Of a stretch of DNA of 64,000 nt, positions 1-12,059 are shown one piece after another. Below the pieces are notes generated by a model. It worked only from the letters and a program-made list of their open reading frames with translations. It was not told where the DNA came from and made no database searches. Source of the stretch: Octopus sinensis (taxonomy: Eukaryota). The position numbers and the translations under genes were made by a program. The number at the start of each line of letters is the position of its first letter. Position 1 is the stretch's first letter. The DNA lies in the NCBI RefSeq assembly GCF_006345805.1, contig NC_043011.1, positions 41,180,464 to 41,244,463 of the forward strand, in the 5' to 3' direction.

Positions 1-151
1 GATTGAAATGCAATAGATCGATTCTAGGGTCATAATTATGGGTGACAATTTCATATGACACCGCTAGAAAAAACTGCCGTTTTTCTAGCGGTGTCATATG
101 AAATTGTCACCCATAATTATGACCCTAGAATCGATCTATTGCATTTCAATC
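1..151. repeat. Perfect 72-bp-arm palindrome (may extend beyond the window start)
   Basis: 1-72 is the exact reverse complement of 80-151; 7-nt loop ACTGCCG; followed by TTAGGG-like motifs at about 160-190. Confidence 0.95.
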
Positions 152-251
152 TATTTTAGATTTAGGGTTAGTTAGGGTTGCTTAGGGTTAGATTTTTTTT
201 AGACATGTAGATTGTTAGATATATATTGAAAGAGAATATTAATGTACTGAC

Positions 252-314
252 CTTTGAAGCTGCTGCTGATTGCATACGAAGTTGTTGTGTAACCATATTA
301 GGAGTACAGAGTCT
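252..314 (-). CDS. Probable internal exon of an unidentified minus-strand gene (RLCTPNMVTQQLRMQSAAASK)
   Basis: Long polypyrimidine tract ending TTTCTTTCCACAG, 63-bp open exon, AAG|GTCAGT donor. A second frame is also open. No homology recognised. Confidence 0.5.
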
Positions 315-478
315 CTGTGGAAAGAAAAAGAAAATAGAATAAAATAGAATAAAATAAACAAAGAGCAATTTCATGTAAGTTGGTTCCACTGAAGGCATTT
401 CAATGGAGACAGATTTGTTGCAGAGAAAGGGTCACAAATCAGTGACAAGAAAAATTGAATCAGGTGAATACATCTTAA

Positions 479-670
479 CCCTTTTGATACCAACCCGGCT
501 GAAACCAGCTCTGGCTCTGTAGTACAATTCTCTTGTTTTCATAAGGTTTGAATTAAAATCTTCCACCAAACCTTAATGATAACTAAATTATTTTACTAAA
601 TTCTTTGTTACATTTAAAATTAACTGAAAGAAACACAGAACATCTCAACAGAAATACAGTAGCGAAAGGG
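479..670. mobile_element. piggyBac-type MITE (192 bp)
   Basis: TTAA|CCCTTT...AAAGGG|TTAA; related 192-bp copy in opposite orientation at 63218-63409. Confidence 0.8.
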
Positions 671-986
671 TTAAGATAGTAGTAGCTAGGGAGGAATAGC
701 TAACCTGCTAGAAATGGCAGTGAAGTTTCTTGCAAACCATACCTTACTGTTTAGCTTTTTGTCTTTTACTCGTTACACTCGTTGGACTGCAGCCATGCTG
801 GGGCACTGCTTTGAAGGGTTTGCTCAGACAAAATGACCCTAGTAATTATTTTTCAATCCTGGTACTTATTCTATTGGTCATTCTTGCTGACTACTAAGTT
901 AAGGAGATGTAAACAAACCAACACCAGTTGTCAAGGAGTGGTGGAGGGGCAAACACAAATATACACATATATATATATATATATAT

Positions 987-1378
987 GATAGATCGCTAGC
1001 CACTACACACATTTTTTCTCTCCTTGTTTCTTTCTGTGTTCCGTTCTGTGGAAGAGCATAGGCTTGAAACGTTAAAGACTTTTTCTATTCCTGAGCGTTA
1101 TATTAATACATCTGTTTGTTTTCTAAACCACCTGTCTTTGTCTTTTGTTTTTTTGTGAATTCTCCCGATATATATATATATATATATATATATAGGGGAG
1201 AGTTCACAAAAAAAACAAAAGACGAAGACAGGTGAGGTACAAAACAAACAGATGTATTAGTATAATGCTCAGGAATAGAAAAAGTCTTTTACGTTTCGAG
1301 CCTACGCTCTTCTACAGAAAGGGACACAGAAAAAAACAAGGAGAGAAAAAAAATGTGTGTAGTGGCTACCAATCTATC
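987..1378. mobile_element. Tail-to-tail inverted pair of a Penelope-like (pLTR-derived) short element around (TA)n
   Basis: 987-1167 and 1195-1378 are diverged reverse complements; each carries a hammerhead-like CTG(T)NGA A GAGC..GCTY GAAACGT motif. A further copy lies at 60085-60245. Confidence 0.7.
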
Positions 1379-1392
1379 ATGGTGACTGTATA

Positions 1393-2929
1393 TCTCTTAT
1401 TATAAAAGGCAGATTTTATCTGCCTCCCTTTGGGAGTTATACAAATCTACAATATAGGATTTCTTCAATTACAATTTACCTAGCATTTTTTAGAGTACAA
1501 TGCATCGCGTCATGCCAGGTCCAGTTTTTAAAATTTAAACTCCAATTAAGCAAAATTTACAGAAAACTCACATTCTGGTGTGTGTGTCAAATGCTTTTCT
1601 TAGTCTGGTTTACACCACACGCAAACGCACACACACAGTGGGCAACGAATAAAATGAAAGTAAATAGCGACAGAGTGATTTGAGCAAGACTAAACTGAAA
1701 GTATTTAAACCACTACTCAAAAAATAAAGAAACACAGCAAACAGAAACAAATAAATACATAACGATTTAATCCTCACACAATTTCTTCAATTAGAGTTTA
1801 CCTAAGATTTTTCAGAGTACTTCAGTGGGTGATGCCATAAAAAATTTCTTTAAATTTTACCACCAATTAAGACAAAATTTGAGAAAACTCAATATTTTAA
1901 CATATCACTCCGAAAACATTGATGTACATGTGTGCGTGCATGAGTGTGTGTGTCTCATTCCTCACACACACGCATACACATACATATACAACTACATACA
2001 AACACGTGTGTGTTTGTTATTAGTAAAAAAGGCGCCAAAACTCAACTCACTTATCATTCCAACACATTTGCAAAGACACACGGACGGACAGAAAAGGTAA
2101 ATTGGTTTTTATTTTACTCTGTATATATTTTATTATATAATATTATATATAGATATATGTATATATAATTGCAGTATGAAACAGTGTTTATGTATAAACA
2201 GACGACACTTATATATAGTTACCAAGCCGCCCGAATTTACCTATTCATATTTAAATGAGAATATCAGAGCAAATCTCTTTAGTACATTCGTGAAAACACG
2301 TATTATACTTCGTAAACACTTCAACTACAGTTTTGTACAAAAATCGAAGTGTAATTTTAATTCCGTGAATTATGGGAGATTTTTTTCCGAAATTTGTTCC
2401 TATTGTGTTTTCAAAATTTGTAATTCTGACAAAAAATGGATACAAATTCATTATATCAAGCAGCGAGTCAGAATTCAAAGGATTTTCTACTGAAGACCTT
2501 CATAAATCTAACTCTATGACTGAAAAAAAAAAGCATCTTTATATAAGAGTGAAGTTGTGTGTCTGTCTCCTACGATTTAGATTCCTAACTACTCCCACAT
2601 TTTGCGGTGCAGTTTAACCAAAAGCGGGTATCTTTTAGTCGTCATTCATATCGAGCCCTTCTGGGTATTAGCGTGCGTCTACGATGTGTCTACGATTTAA
2701 AAAAAATTTACCATCGTATTTTTCCATTTTTATGCATTTTTTTCGCTATTATATAAGGGAAGTAACTCTCTAAAAATATCTACGATGTGTCAATGATTAA
2801 AAGAAAATTTGCCTTCATTTTTTTTCAATTTTTAATGCATTTTTTTGCTATTTTTTGGCTATAACTCTCTAAAAATGCTTATATATTTATTTCCCTTACA
2901 ACCCGAGCAACGCCGGGCGATACTGCTAG
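1393..2929 (+). mobile_element. Non-autonomous Helitron
   Basis: 5' A|TC start (TCTCTTATTATAAAAG), 3' hairpin CCCG-AGCAACGC-CGGG at 2902-2917, then CTAG|T terminus; no TSD. Confidence 0.8.
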
Positions 2930-2960
<31 letters not shown>

Positions 2961-3349
2961 GATAGGCACACAGTTTTAAGGGGGTGAAGATTAGTTGATT
3001 ACATCAACCCCAGCACATAACTGGTACTTTATTTTATTCTTTTCTACTCTAGGCACAAGGCCCGCAATTTTGGGGTGGGGCTGGGGGCAGTTGATTAGAT
3101 CGACCCCAGTATGCAATTGGAACTTAATTTATTGACCCTGAAAGGATGAAAGGCAAAGGTGACCTCGGCAGAATTTGAACTCAGAACATAATGAGAGACG
3201 AAATACCACTAAGCATTTCGCCCGGGGCCAGTCAATTAGATCAACCCCAGTACACAACTGATTTGAACCCAGAACATAAAGAGCCAGAGCAAAATCCTGC
3301 TAGGCACTTTGTCCAACTCACCAATGATTGTGCCAGCTCACAACCTTTT

Positions 3350-3385
<36 letters not shown>

Positions 3386-3955
3386 CCTTTCTACTATAGG
3401 CACAAGACCTGAAAATTGAGGCAGGAGTTTAGTCGATTACATCAACTCCAGTACTCAGCTAGTACTAATTTTGCTGACCCAGAAAGGAGGGAAGGCAATG
3501 TGAACCCCAGTGGAATTTGAAGTCAGAACATAAAGACAGACGAAAAACTGCTAAGCATTTTGCCTGGCATGCTAATGATTCAGCCATAATGGTTTCAAAT
3601 TTGAGAAGTGGTTAATCAATTCCATCAACCCCAGTATTCGACTGGTACTTTATTTTATCGACCTTTGAAAGGATGAAAGTCAAATTCATCCTCAGCAAGA
3701 TTTCAACTCAAAAAACATACAGAATCGAAACAAATACCACACAAAGCACTTTTGACAGCACCAATGGTTCTGCCAATCCACTGGCCTAGTAATAACAACT
3801 TCATGTAATTGCCACAAGGGCAATCGACGAGAGGACATTGCAAGGTCAAATTGTGAAACCGATTTCAAATTTCAGCACAAGTCCAGCAAGTCCGGGGAAG
3901 GGGGTTAAGCCGATTACGTCGACCCCAGTGTGTAACTGGTACTTATTTTATCTAC

Positions 3956-4189
3956 AGGCGGCGAGTTGGCAGAAACGTTAGCACATTGGACGAAATGCTT
4001 AGCGGTATTTTGTCTGCCGCTACGTTCTGAGTTCAAATTCCGCCGAGGTCGAATTTGCCTTTCATCCTTTCAGGGTCGATTAAATAAGTACCAGTTACGC
4101 ACTGGGGTCAATGTAACCGACTTAATCCGTTTGTCTGTCCTTGTTTGTCCCCTCTGTGTTTAGCCCCTTGTGGGTAGTAAATAAATAGG
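3956..4189 (+). mobile_element. tRNA-derived SINE with Meta-like central domain
   Basis: GGCGGCGAGYTGGCAGAAACG head with A/B-box-like motifs and GCCTTTCATCCTTTC..GGTCGAT..AAGTACCAG core; many copies in the window. Confidence 0.8.
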
Positions 4190-4822
4190 TACTTATTTTA
4201 TCTACCCCACCCCACCCCCCACCCAAAAAAAAAAAAAGGATGAAAGGCAAAGTTGACCTTGGCAGAATTTGAACTAAGAATGTAGAGATGGACAAAATGC
4301 TGCTCTGCATTTTGCCCGGCATGCTAACAATTCGGCCAGCTCACAGCCTTAGGTCAAATGGTAATAATAATGCATTCTAACATTAACTAACAAATTTAAG
4401 AACAAGACTGATTTCTTATTTCGTCGTTGAGTGAGGATGTCAGGATTCCACGAGATGAAAATTCGGTTAAGTGAGACAAGAATCTAAATACCATTAACCA
4501 TTTAGCATTGTCTTTTACTAGACCTGTTATCTCACTGTAAGAGTGGTTGAGGAGGAGAGAGTTAGCAAAGAACATGATGTTAACAGTAGAAGAATGCTGC
4601 AATGTCTGAGGAATCAAGATTCTAATGCTGACATTTTTGGTAGTTGGAAGAAACTTTCTTCAGAATCTAAAGAAAATATCTCTTTAACACTTATCATTTG
4701 GCTGAAGTTGTTATTCACCAACAGCTAAACTATCAGCAACAAGCTAAGGGAGTTGCTACGTGGTTGCATGATATGCTAGAAACAGCAGCCAAATCTATTT
4801 CCAAAGCCTACCATAGCATCCA

Positions 4823-5131
4823 TGGAGGCACATGGCCTAGTGGTTAGAGCAGCGGACTCGCGGTCGAGGGATCGTGGGTTCGAATCTCAGACCGGGCGAT
4901 GTGTGTGTTTATGAGCGAAACACCTAAGCTCCACACGGCTCTGGCAGAAGATAATGGTGAACTTCTGCCGACTCTTTCGCCACAACTTTCTCTCACTCTT
5001 TCCTCCTTCGTCTTGCAGCTCACCGGCGTCCCGTTCCAGGTGGGGAACCTATATGCCAAGGAAACCAGGAAACTGGCCCTTCTGAGCCAGGCAGGCATGG
5101 CTCGAGAAGGAACAAACAACAACAACAACAA
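4823..5131 (+). mobile_element. tRNA-derived SINE (octopus OR-like family), (AAC)n tail
   Basis: TGGCCTAGTGG A-box and GGTTCGAATC B-box continue into a SINE body; shares its 5' half with 48773-49078. Confidence 0.75.
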
Positions 5132-5336
5132 TAGCATTATCATCATTTAATATCCACTTCTCCATGCCTGCATGGGTCAGTCCGGAATTTGTTGAAGCAG
5201 ATTTGTTGAGGAAATACAGAGGGAAATAAGAGAATGAAAGTGGAAATAAAAGATTGTAGTTGCAGTTCCATTATTTATGTAAAATTTCTACTTTCATTCT
5301 CTGATTTCCCTCTGGGAATCATCATCATCATCAAAC

Positions 5337-5367
<31 letters not shown>

Positions 5368-5577
5368 CCCTTATTCCCTATCTCTTCCTTTTCTACAATG
5401 ATTGCTTATTTCGAGCTCAAACATTTACCTCTATTTAACAATCTCACATAGTCTCTGAAAGAGGGACATCCATAATATCCCAGAAACATCTGTAAGACTA
5501 TATCTGTATCTCTTTCCTTATAAATGTCCTGAAAATTCCTCACAGCCTAGGCTTTGTTATCTCTTTTTGTCTAATAT

Positions 5578-5929
5578 TAATATATATATATATATATATA
5601 TACACATACATATATATATACATATATACACATACATATATATATACACACATATATACACATACATATATATATACACACATATATACACATACATATA
5701 TATATACACACATATATACACATACATATATATATACACACATATATACACATACATATATATATACACACACATATACACATACATACATATATATACA
5801 CACACATATACACATACATATATATATACACACACATATATACACATACATATATATATACACACATATATACACATACATATATATATACACACATATA
5901 TACACACATATATACACATACATATATAC

Positions 5930-5960
<31 letters not shown>

Positions 5961-6083
5961 CATACATACATATATACACATACATATATACACATACATA
6001 TATATATATACACATATATACACATACATATATATATACACACATATATACACACATATATACACATACATATATACACATAC

Positions 6084-6123
<40 letters not shown>

Positions 6124-6211
6124 ACATACATATATACACATACATATATATATACACACATATATACACACATATATACACACATATATACACATACATA
6201 TATACACATAC

Positions 6212-6284
<73 letters not shown>

Positions 6285-6299
6285 CATATATATACATAC

Positions 6300-6337
<38 letters not shown>
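5578..6337. repeat. Compound (TA/CA) purine-pyrimidine repeat with a 30-bp higher-order unit
   Basis: Near-uninterrupted RY alternation; TATATACACACATATATACACATACATATA repeated exactly at 5641-5760. Confidence 0.95.
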
Positions 6338-6338
<1 letters not shown>

Positions 6339-7146
6339 CTTCCACACAGTTTTCACCAACAAAATTCATTCACAAAGTATCAGTCAGCCCAGTGCTATAG
6401 TACAAGACACTTGTACAAGGTACTGTGCAATGGGACTGAACCTGAAGCCACATGATTGCAAAGCAAGCTTCTTAACCACTTAGCCATGACTGTGCCTATA
6501 AATTAATAAAATAAAATATGAAATAAATAAAATGTAAAATAAATAAACAACAATTACACCATGAGAGATCCTGAGAGCCTTTAAAGAGACTTTAAAATCC
6601 CACACAAGAAATTTCAGGAATGACTTCAGTTTCAGTTCACGGAGTCAGATTTAGTTGTACTTGTTTGTCAAGTACCACTGCATAAAAAGTAGTACAAATA
6701 CAATACGTAAAAATCGGAGTGTGCAACCTCATACACATACAGACAAAAAGCTACGCAAGTGGGTTAAAAAGAAGAAAAGAAGCTAAAACACAACAAAAAA
6801 AAACACGAATGAAGGCGTTCTGTTCGATATTCATTTCTTTGACAAATAATAAACGATGACAATGGATGTTGTTGTGAAAGCCCAAACAGCTTTGTAGACA
6901 ACTTGGTAAACGCATATAGACTAAACAACCTATCCATCCATCCAACCACTTTGCCTATTTGTTTTTGAGAGGGTCATGGAGGGAGAGTCCTCAGGTGCCC
7001 TTCTCCATAGTGTCCCATCAGAAGCAACCATCATTACACTTTCTGGCTGGATTCCCAAGTACGATTAACTGAGACAATGGATTTTATCCAACCATCTCGT
7101 TTTTGTTCTATCCCTAGGTCCGCTGACATTTGGGTTGGCTTGTCCC

Positions 7147-7329
7147 GAGGAACCCATCCCAAGGAACTCGTCTTGAGGAGCCCGTCTCGAGGAACCCGTC
7201 TCGAAGAACCCGTCTCGAAGAACCGTCTCGAGGAACCCGTCTCGAGGAACCCGTCTCGAAGAACCCGTCTTGAAGAACCCGTCTTGAAGAACCCGTCTCG
7301 AAGAATCTGTCTCGAAGAATCTGTCTTGC
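7147..7329. repeat. 14-bp CpG-rich minisatellite (GAACCCGTCTCGAR)n, about 13 units
   Basis: Direct tandem units visible, degenerating at both ends. Confidence 0.9.
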
Positions 7330-9924
7330 AATTCTTTCCTGTAACATTCTAATCACATGTCCTTAGTACCAAGTTGTGACCTTTCAATGCAGAGAGTAGT
7401 GGTTCGACCTGGAGAATTTCCTGATCTCCAAGCTATGCACCCTGTTGAGTAACATTACTCCAAGAGTCCTATCAAGCAAGGAACCCCATTTCAGACACAT
7501 GTTTTCATTATTGTATTCTTCCAATCAATATTCAGCATTCATAACCACCGGAGAAGATACACATGGAAGCCAAACTGAAATGTATACATACATATCATCA
7601 TCATCATTTAATATCCGTTTTCCATGCCAAACCAGACTCCTACCCTTCCTAATGCCAACCACTTTGCAGAGTGTACTGGGTGCATTTTATATGGCACCAA
7701 AACTGATGAGGTCACCAGGTAACTATATAAATACACACACACACATAATTGTGCAAAAGACAGAAAGGAAATCTGAGCAGGTATATGCCTAACCATCGGG
7801 TGACAGGTGTATGGGGTTATCTCTTAAATGTCATGTCATTCTATCAGTTAGGGTACAATTGAGGGCTTGGTTATTTCCCTCTAAATTCTTCCATCTTTTC
7901 CTTGACAACTTTCTGAACACTCTCCCTCTCTCACACACACACACACACACATACACACATCCTACTGTCTTAAAAAAGAAAAGACGCATTAGATATGCCT
8001 AAAAATCAAGTAGGATGGTCACAACTAGAAGGCCTTGATCTGGTGGATCACAGCTGATTTAGAAGCTAAATAGCAAATTTACGTGGAAAAAGGTGTGGTC
8101 TGGTGATAGGGAGGGCATCTGGTTTTAGAAGATCTGCTTTATTAAACTCTGACCTACCCATACAAGCATAGAAAAAAGGACATTAAAAATGTGGTGGTGG
8201 TGGTGGTGAGTGAAGGGGAGAGGGGTATAACAACCTAATTTGTGACCCAGTCACAAGCACAGCACATATGAATAAAACACACAGGCACCCATCCACCCGT
8301 AACTCATATCCCATTACTCATAAATGACGCACAACTCAAATATTTCCGATATTATGTAGAAACTAAATCATTATTCACCAATGACCTTTCGTAGTAACTA
8401 TGTCTTAACAAGCCGATGATCAGAGCCTCATCGTGGTCATTCAACTTACAAGAAATAGTAGCTAAATTTTCCTCATATACCACTCTACTACTTTGAAAAT
8501 GGTGTTCATTTGCAAAACAAGTTGCTTTTACACGTTGTTACGGTGCATGGTCAGGAGGCTACAGTGCTGCATTCATGATTGTTCAATTCCTGAATCAGAT
8601 GGTGTGTTGTATTCTTGAACAAGGGTTCAAGACCCATGTGTACGGAAAACTCACTTATATGCCCCAATATTAGACTATTTTCCTTAGTCAATACATGATG
8701 ATTGCTTATAAGCTTTAAGCTTATAAAATATGATTATCATCTACAGAACTTCGTTTCATGTTGCTCCAGTCCATTCAGCTGTAAATGAGTTCCAGCAACA
8801 ACTGGGAAGTTAATCCTGCAAAGGACTGGCACCCCATCCAGGGAAGGGAAGTGTTGTAATCTCAGTTACTAATATGTCATGAAAGCTGGGTTTAGCTCTG
8901 GCCTTCTGAGTCCTTGGGCTCATAAGAGACCCTAAGGGTTTTCTATATCATCCTCATTGTTTTTAAAGTCCACTTCTTTAAGCCTGCATGGATCAAAAAG
9001 AATTTGTTGAGGTAGATTTTTCTATGCCTGGATGCTCTTCCTGACACCAACCCATACCTTTTTTCAAACAAAGTAATAATCCTTTAGTGCAATGGCTCTC
9101 AACCAGGGTCCACATGACCATGAGGTCAGTCTACCCTGACATCAAGCTGACTTGACTATGCAGTATTCATCATGAAATGCAAATTGTCTCGAAAGACAAC
9201 TACTTTATTCAATGTGTCCTTTCACTTCATTTAAGACAACAGAAATGTGGCTGTTGTTTTTAGCACGTCCAGTGACCATGCAGAGAATCTCATGTTGGCT
9301 CCAAAAATATGGTTGAATATTTAGGCCAGTTTGAATGCAAAATGGTTAATGCCCATCTTCTGTGCTCCATAGGTTGGGTGGTCTGACAAGGTCCAACAGG
9401 CCAGAAGTCTGCATTGCGTCTGTTTTTGGTCTGGTTTCTATGACTAAATGCCCTTCCTAATACCAACTACTTTAGAGAATGTACTGGATGCCTTTTTTCC
9501 TAACACAGGTACTAATGAGGTCAGTAAGTAAGTCCCAAGACAAAGAAAGGAACCTCGTCTGAGTGGGGTTACAGTAGAGGGGGAGGTGACTTTATGCCAG
9601 GTGCTGAAAGGATAAAGTATGATAGAAGGACTATCAGGTGTCTTGCTACAGAGAAGATACATGGCTACCTTGCAATATATAAAGGGTGGGAGCCACACGT
9701 AACCAAGGTGCCACATGGTGTGACAGAACTCAGGACAGCGTGGTTAGAAATCAAACTTCCTATCCATACTGGCATGCCTGTACTTGTCATAACAAACACA
9801 TGGATGGATGGAAGGATGCATTCACCAATCCACATACATAGACACAGAAGCCTGGCCAGCTCCTGTCAAACCATCCAACCCATGCCAGCATGGAAGGAGG
9901 ACATTAGACAATGATGATGATTTT

Positions 9925-10500
9925 TCTCTTATTCTCTTACATGTTTCAGTCATTTGACTGTGGCCATACTGGAGCACCGCCTTTAGTTGAGCAAATCGAT
10001 CCCCAGAGCTTATTCTTTGTAAGTCTAGTACTTGTTCTATCAGGCTCTTTTGCCGAAATGCTAAGTTACGGGGACGTAAACACACCAGCATCGGTTGTCA
10101 AGCGATGTTGGGGGGACAAACACAGACACACATACATATATATATATGTATATATATGTGTATGTATATATATATATATATATATATATAGTTAATCCAA
10201 ACATGAAAACACAACAACACAAGGACGTGGAACAAGTATAGTGTTATTGGACGCTCAGGAAAGGAAAGAAAGAAGGAGGATTTAACGTTTCGAGCGGAGC
10301 TCTTCGTCAGAAACATAGGAAAAGGAAAGATTCAAGGAAGGGAAGACAGGGAAAAAAAAATCGCCAACGGTACACACGCGGTCACACACATATATGACGG
10401 GCTTCTTCCAGTTTCCGTCTACCAAATCCACTCACAAGGCTTTGGTTGGCCTGAAGCTATAGTAGAAGTCACTTGACCAAGGCGCCACGCAGATTTCATA
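9925..10500 (-). mobile_element. tRNA-derived SINE interrupted at its internal microsatellite by a hammerhead-bearing element (about 10190-10385)
   Basis: SINE 3' half at 9925-10190 and 5' half at 10390-10500 match the full-length copy at 51761-52153. Confidence 0.75.
10281..10314 (-). ncRNA. Minimal type I hammerhead ribozyme motif (Penelope-like)
   Basis: Minus strand GUUU-CUGACGA-A-GAGC-UCC-GCUC-GAAAC-GUU-AAAU: intact core, helix II, palindromic ACGU helix III, short helix I. Confidence 0.65.
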
Positions 10501-12059
10501 GATGGAAACTGAAAGGAGCCTGTCGTGTGTCTGTGTGTCTTTGTCCACCCCACCCCCACCCCACATCGCTTGACAACCAATGCTGGTGTGTTTACGTGTC
10601 CGTAACTTAGCAGTTCGGCAAAAGAGACCTGATAGAATAAGTACTAGGCTTACAAAGAATATGTCCTGGGGTCACTTTGCTCGACTAAAGGCGGTGCCCC
10701 AGCATGGCCACAGTCAAATGACTGAAAGAATAAAAGAATGTATGCATGTGTGTGTCCACGCGTATAATCATCCTTTAATATCCATTGTCCATGCTGGCAT
10801 GGGCTGGATGGTTTGACCGGAGCTGACAAGCTGCACTAGATTCCAGTCCTGTTTGGCTTGGTTTCTATGGCTGGATGCCCTTCCTAATGCCAATCCCATT
10901 AATGTGAGCACTGGGTGCTTTTAATGTGGAACCACATGAGCACTTTTACATGGCATCAGCACAAGTGCTTTTTATGTGGCACTGGCACACAACTCTTGCA
11001 GGTCAATTCTCTCCACCAGGGGGAGTGACCTTAACACATCCTCAGTGGAGGACAGATGCTTCTTGAGACTCTTAAGGCCAATTACCTGGTTTCTATGAAA
11101 TGTAAGTGACCAAGATCACAACAGGGCACTGGTCAGTCACAGGATTCAAGGCCATTGACCCCAATACTTGTCTGGTACATTATTTTATCTTTGACTTCAG
11201 TGAGATTTGAACTCAGAATGTATAGAGCTAGAGGAAATATTGTTATGCATTTTGTCCAACATGCTAACAATACTGCCAGCTTGCCTCGTGTGTGTGTGTG
11301 TGTGTAATGAAAGGAGGAGTAGTGCATTGTCTTTGACTTTTGGAGGTCACATCCACCTCCAGACTGCTGTAGCTGATAACCTATCCAAATATCTGTAGGT
11401 CAACGACATCTGATAAATGTCATTGAAAGTGGGAGGGGGGGCGACTGGAGGAGAAGAGAGAGAGCAACATCAGGTGCAAATGTACCTAACAGAGTGAAGT
11501 GCTGTCATTTGGCCTCAAATTGGCTCTGATCAATCAGACCCATGAGCAAGAGACACTCCAACCATCAGCCATGACTATCCGAACTTAATATTTTTTCAAT
11601 CAGGTATAGTAGTCTACCTTGCACTACACTATCCAGCATAAACCTTTAAATAGAAAAAGTGGTAGTGTTAATTAAGGTAGATTTGGCTGCTATTTCCAGT
11701 AGGTCAAACAACCAGACAGGAACCCTTTCCAGGCCAAGGTGTAGTATGTTTATTGTACGTACGTGAACTATTTATCTTATACATCATCATTATCATGGCT
11801 TTACTGTCTTCTTTTCCATACTGTCATGAGGCAGATGGAAATCATTGAGGCACATTTTCTACAGCCATATGCCCTTCCTGTTGCCACTGAATGGTTTCTA
11901 AGTAAGGTAACCATTCCCCTTAACTAGACGTTTCTACAGAAGACTGAAAAGGGAGGTAGGTGAAAAAGCCAAGCTCACTATCTTCACTTTGGTGTTCATG
12001 CCTACCCTTACCTATTGTCATGAATTTTGGGTGCCACCAAAAGAATATGATTGCAAATA

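Noticed and set aside
160-190. Interstitial telomere (also 37917-37938)
   Set aside because: Only 3-4 degenerate units, each within a repeat element.
4396-4728. Possible exons at 4400-4670 and 6570-6680
   Set aside because: Acceptor-like sites are followed by stops in all frames, or lack a donor.
4823-4895. tRNA genes at SINE heads (also 48773-48850, 51761-51835, 63925-64000)
   Set aside because: A/B boxes are present, but there is no complete cloverleaf or terminator and the sequence continues into SINE bodies.
5540-6369. Four 250-270 aa ORFs (YI/CV/HT-rich), and similar ones at 51857-52805
   Set aside because: Translations of TA/CA microsatellites, which lack stop codons in several frames.
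7065-7356. Repetitive 80-91 aa ORFs
   Set aside because: Products of the 14-bp minisatellite; no splice or start context.
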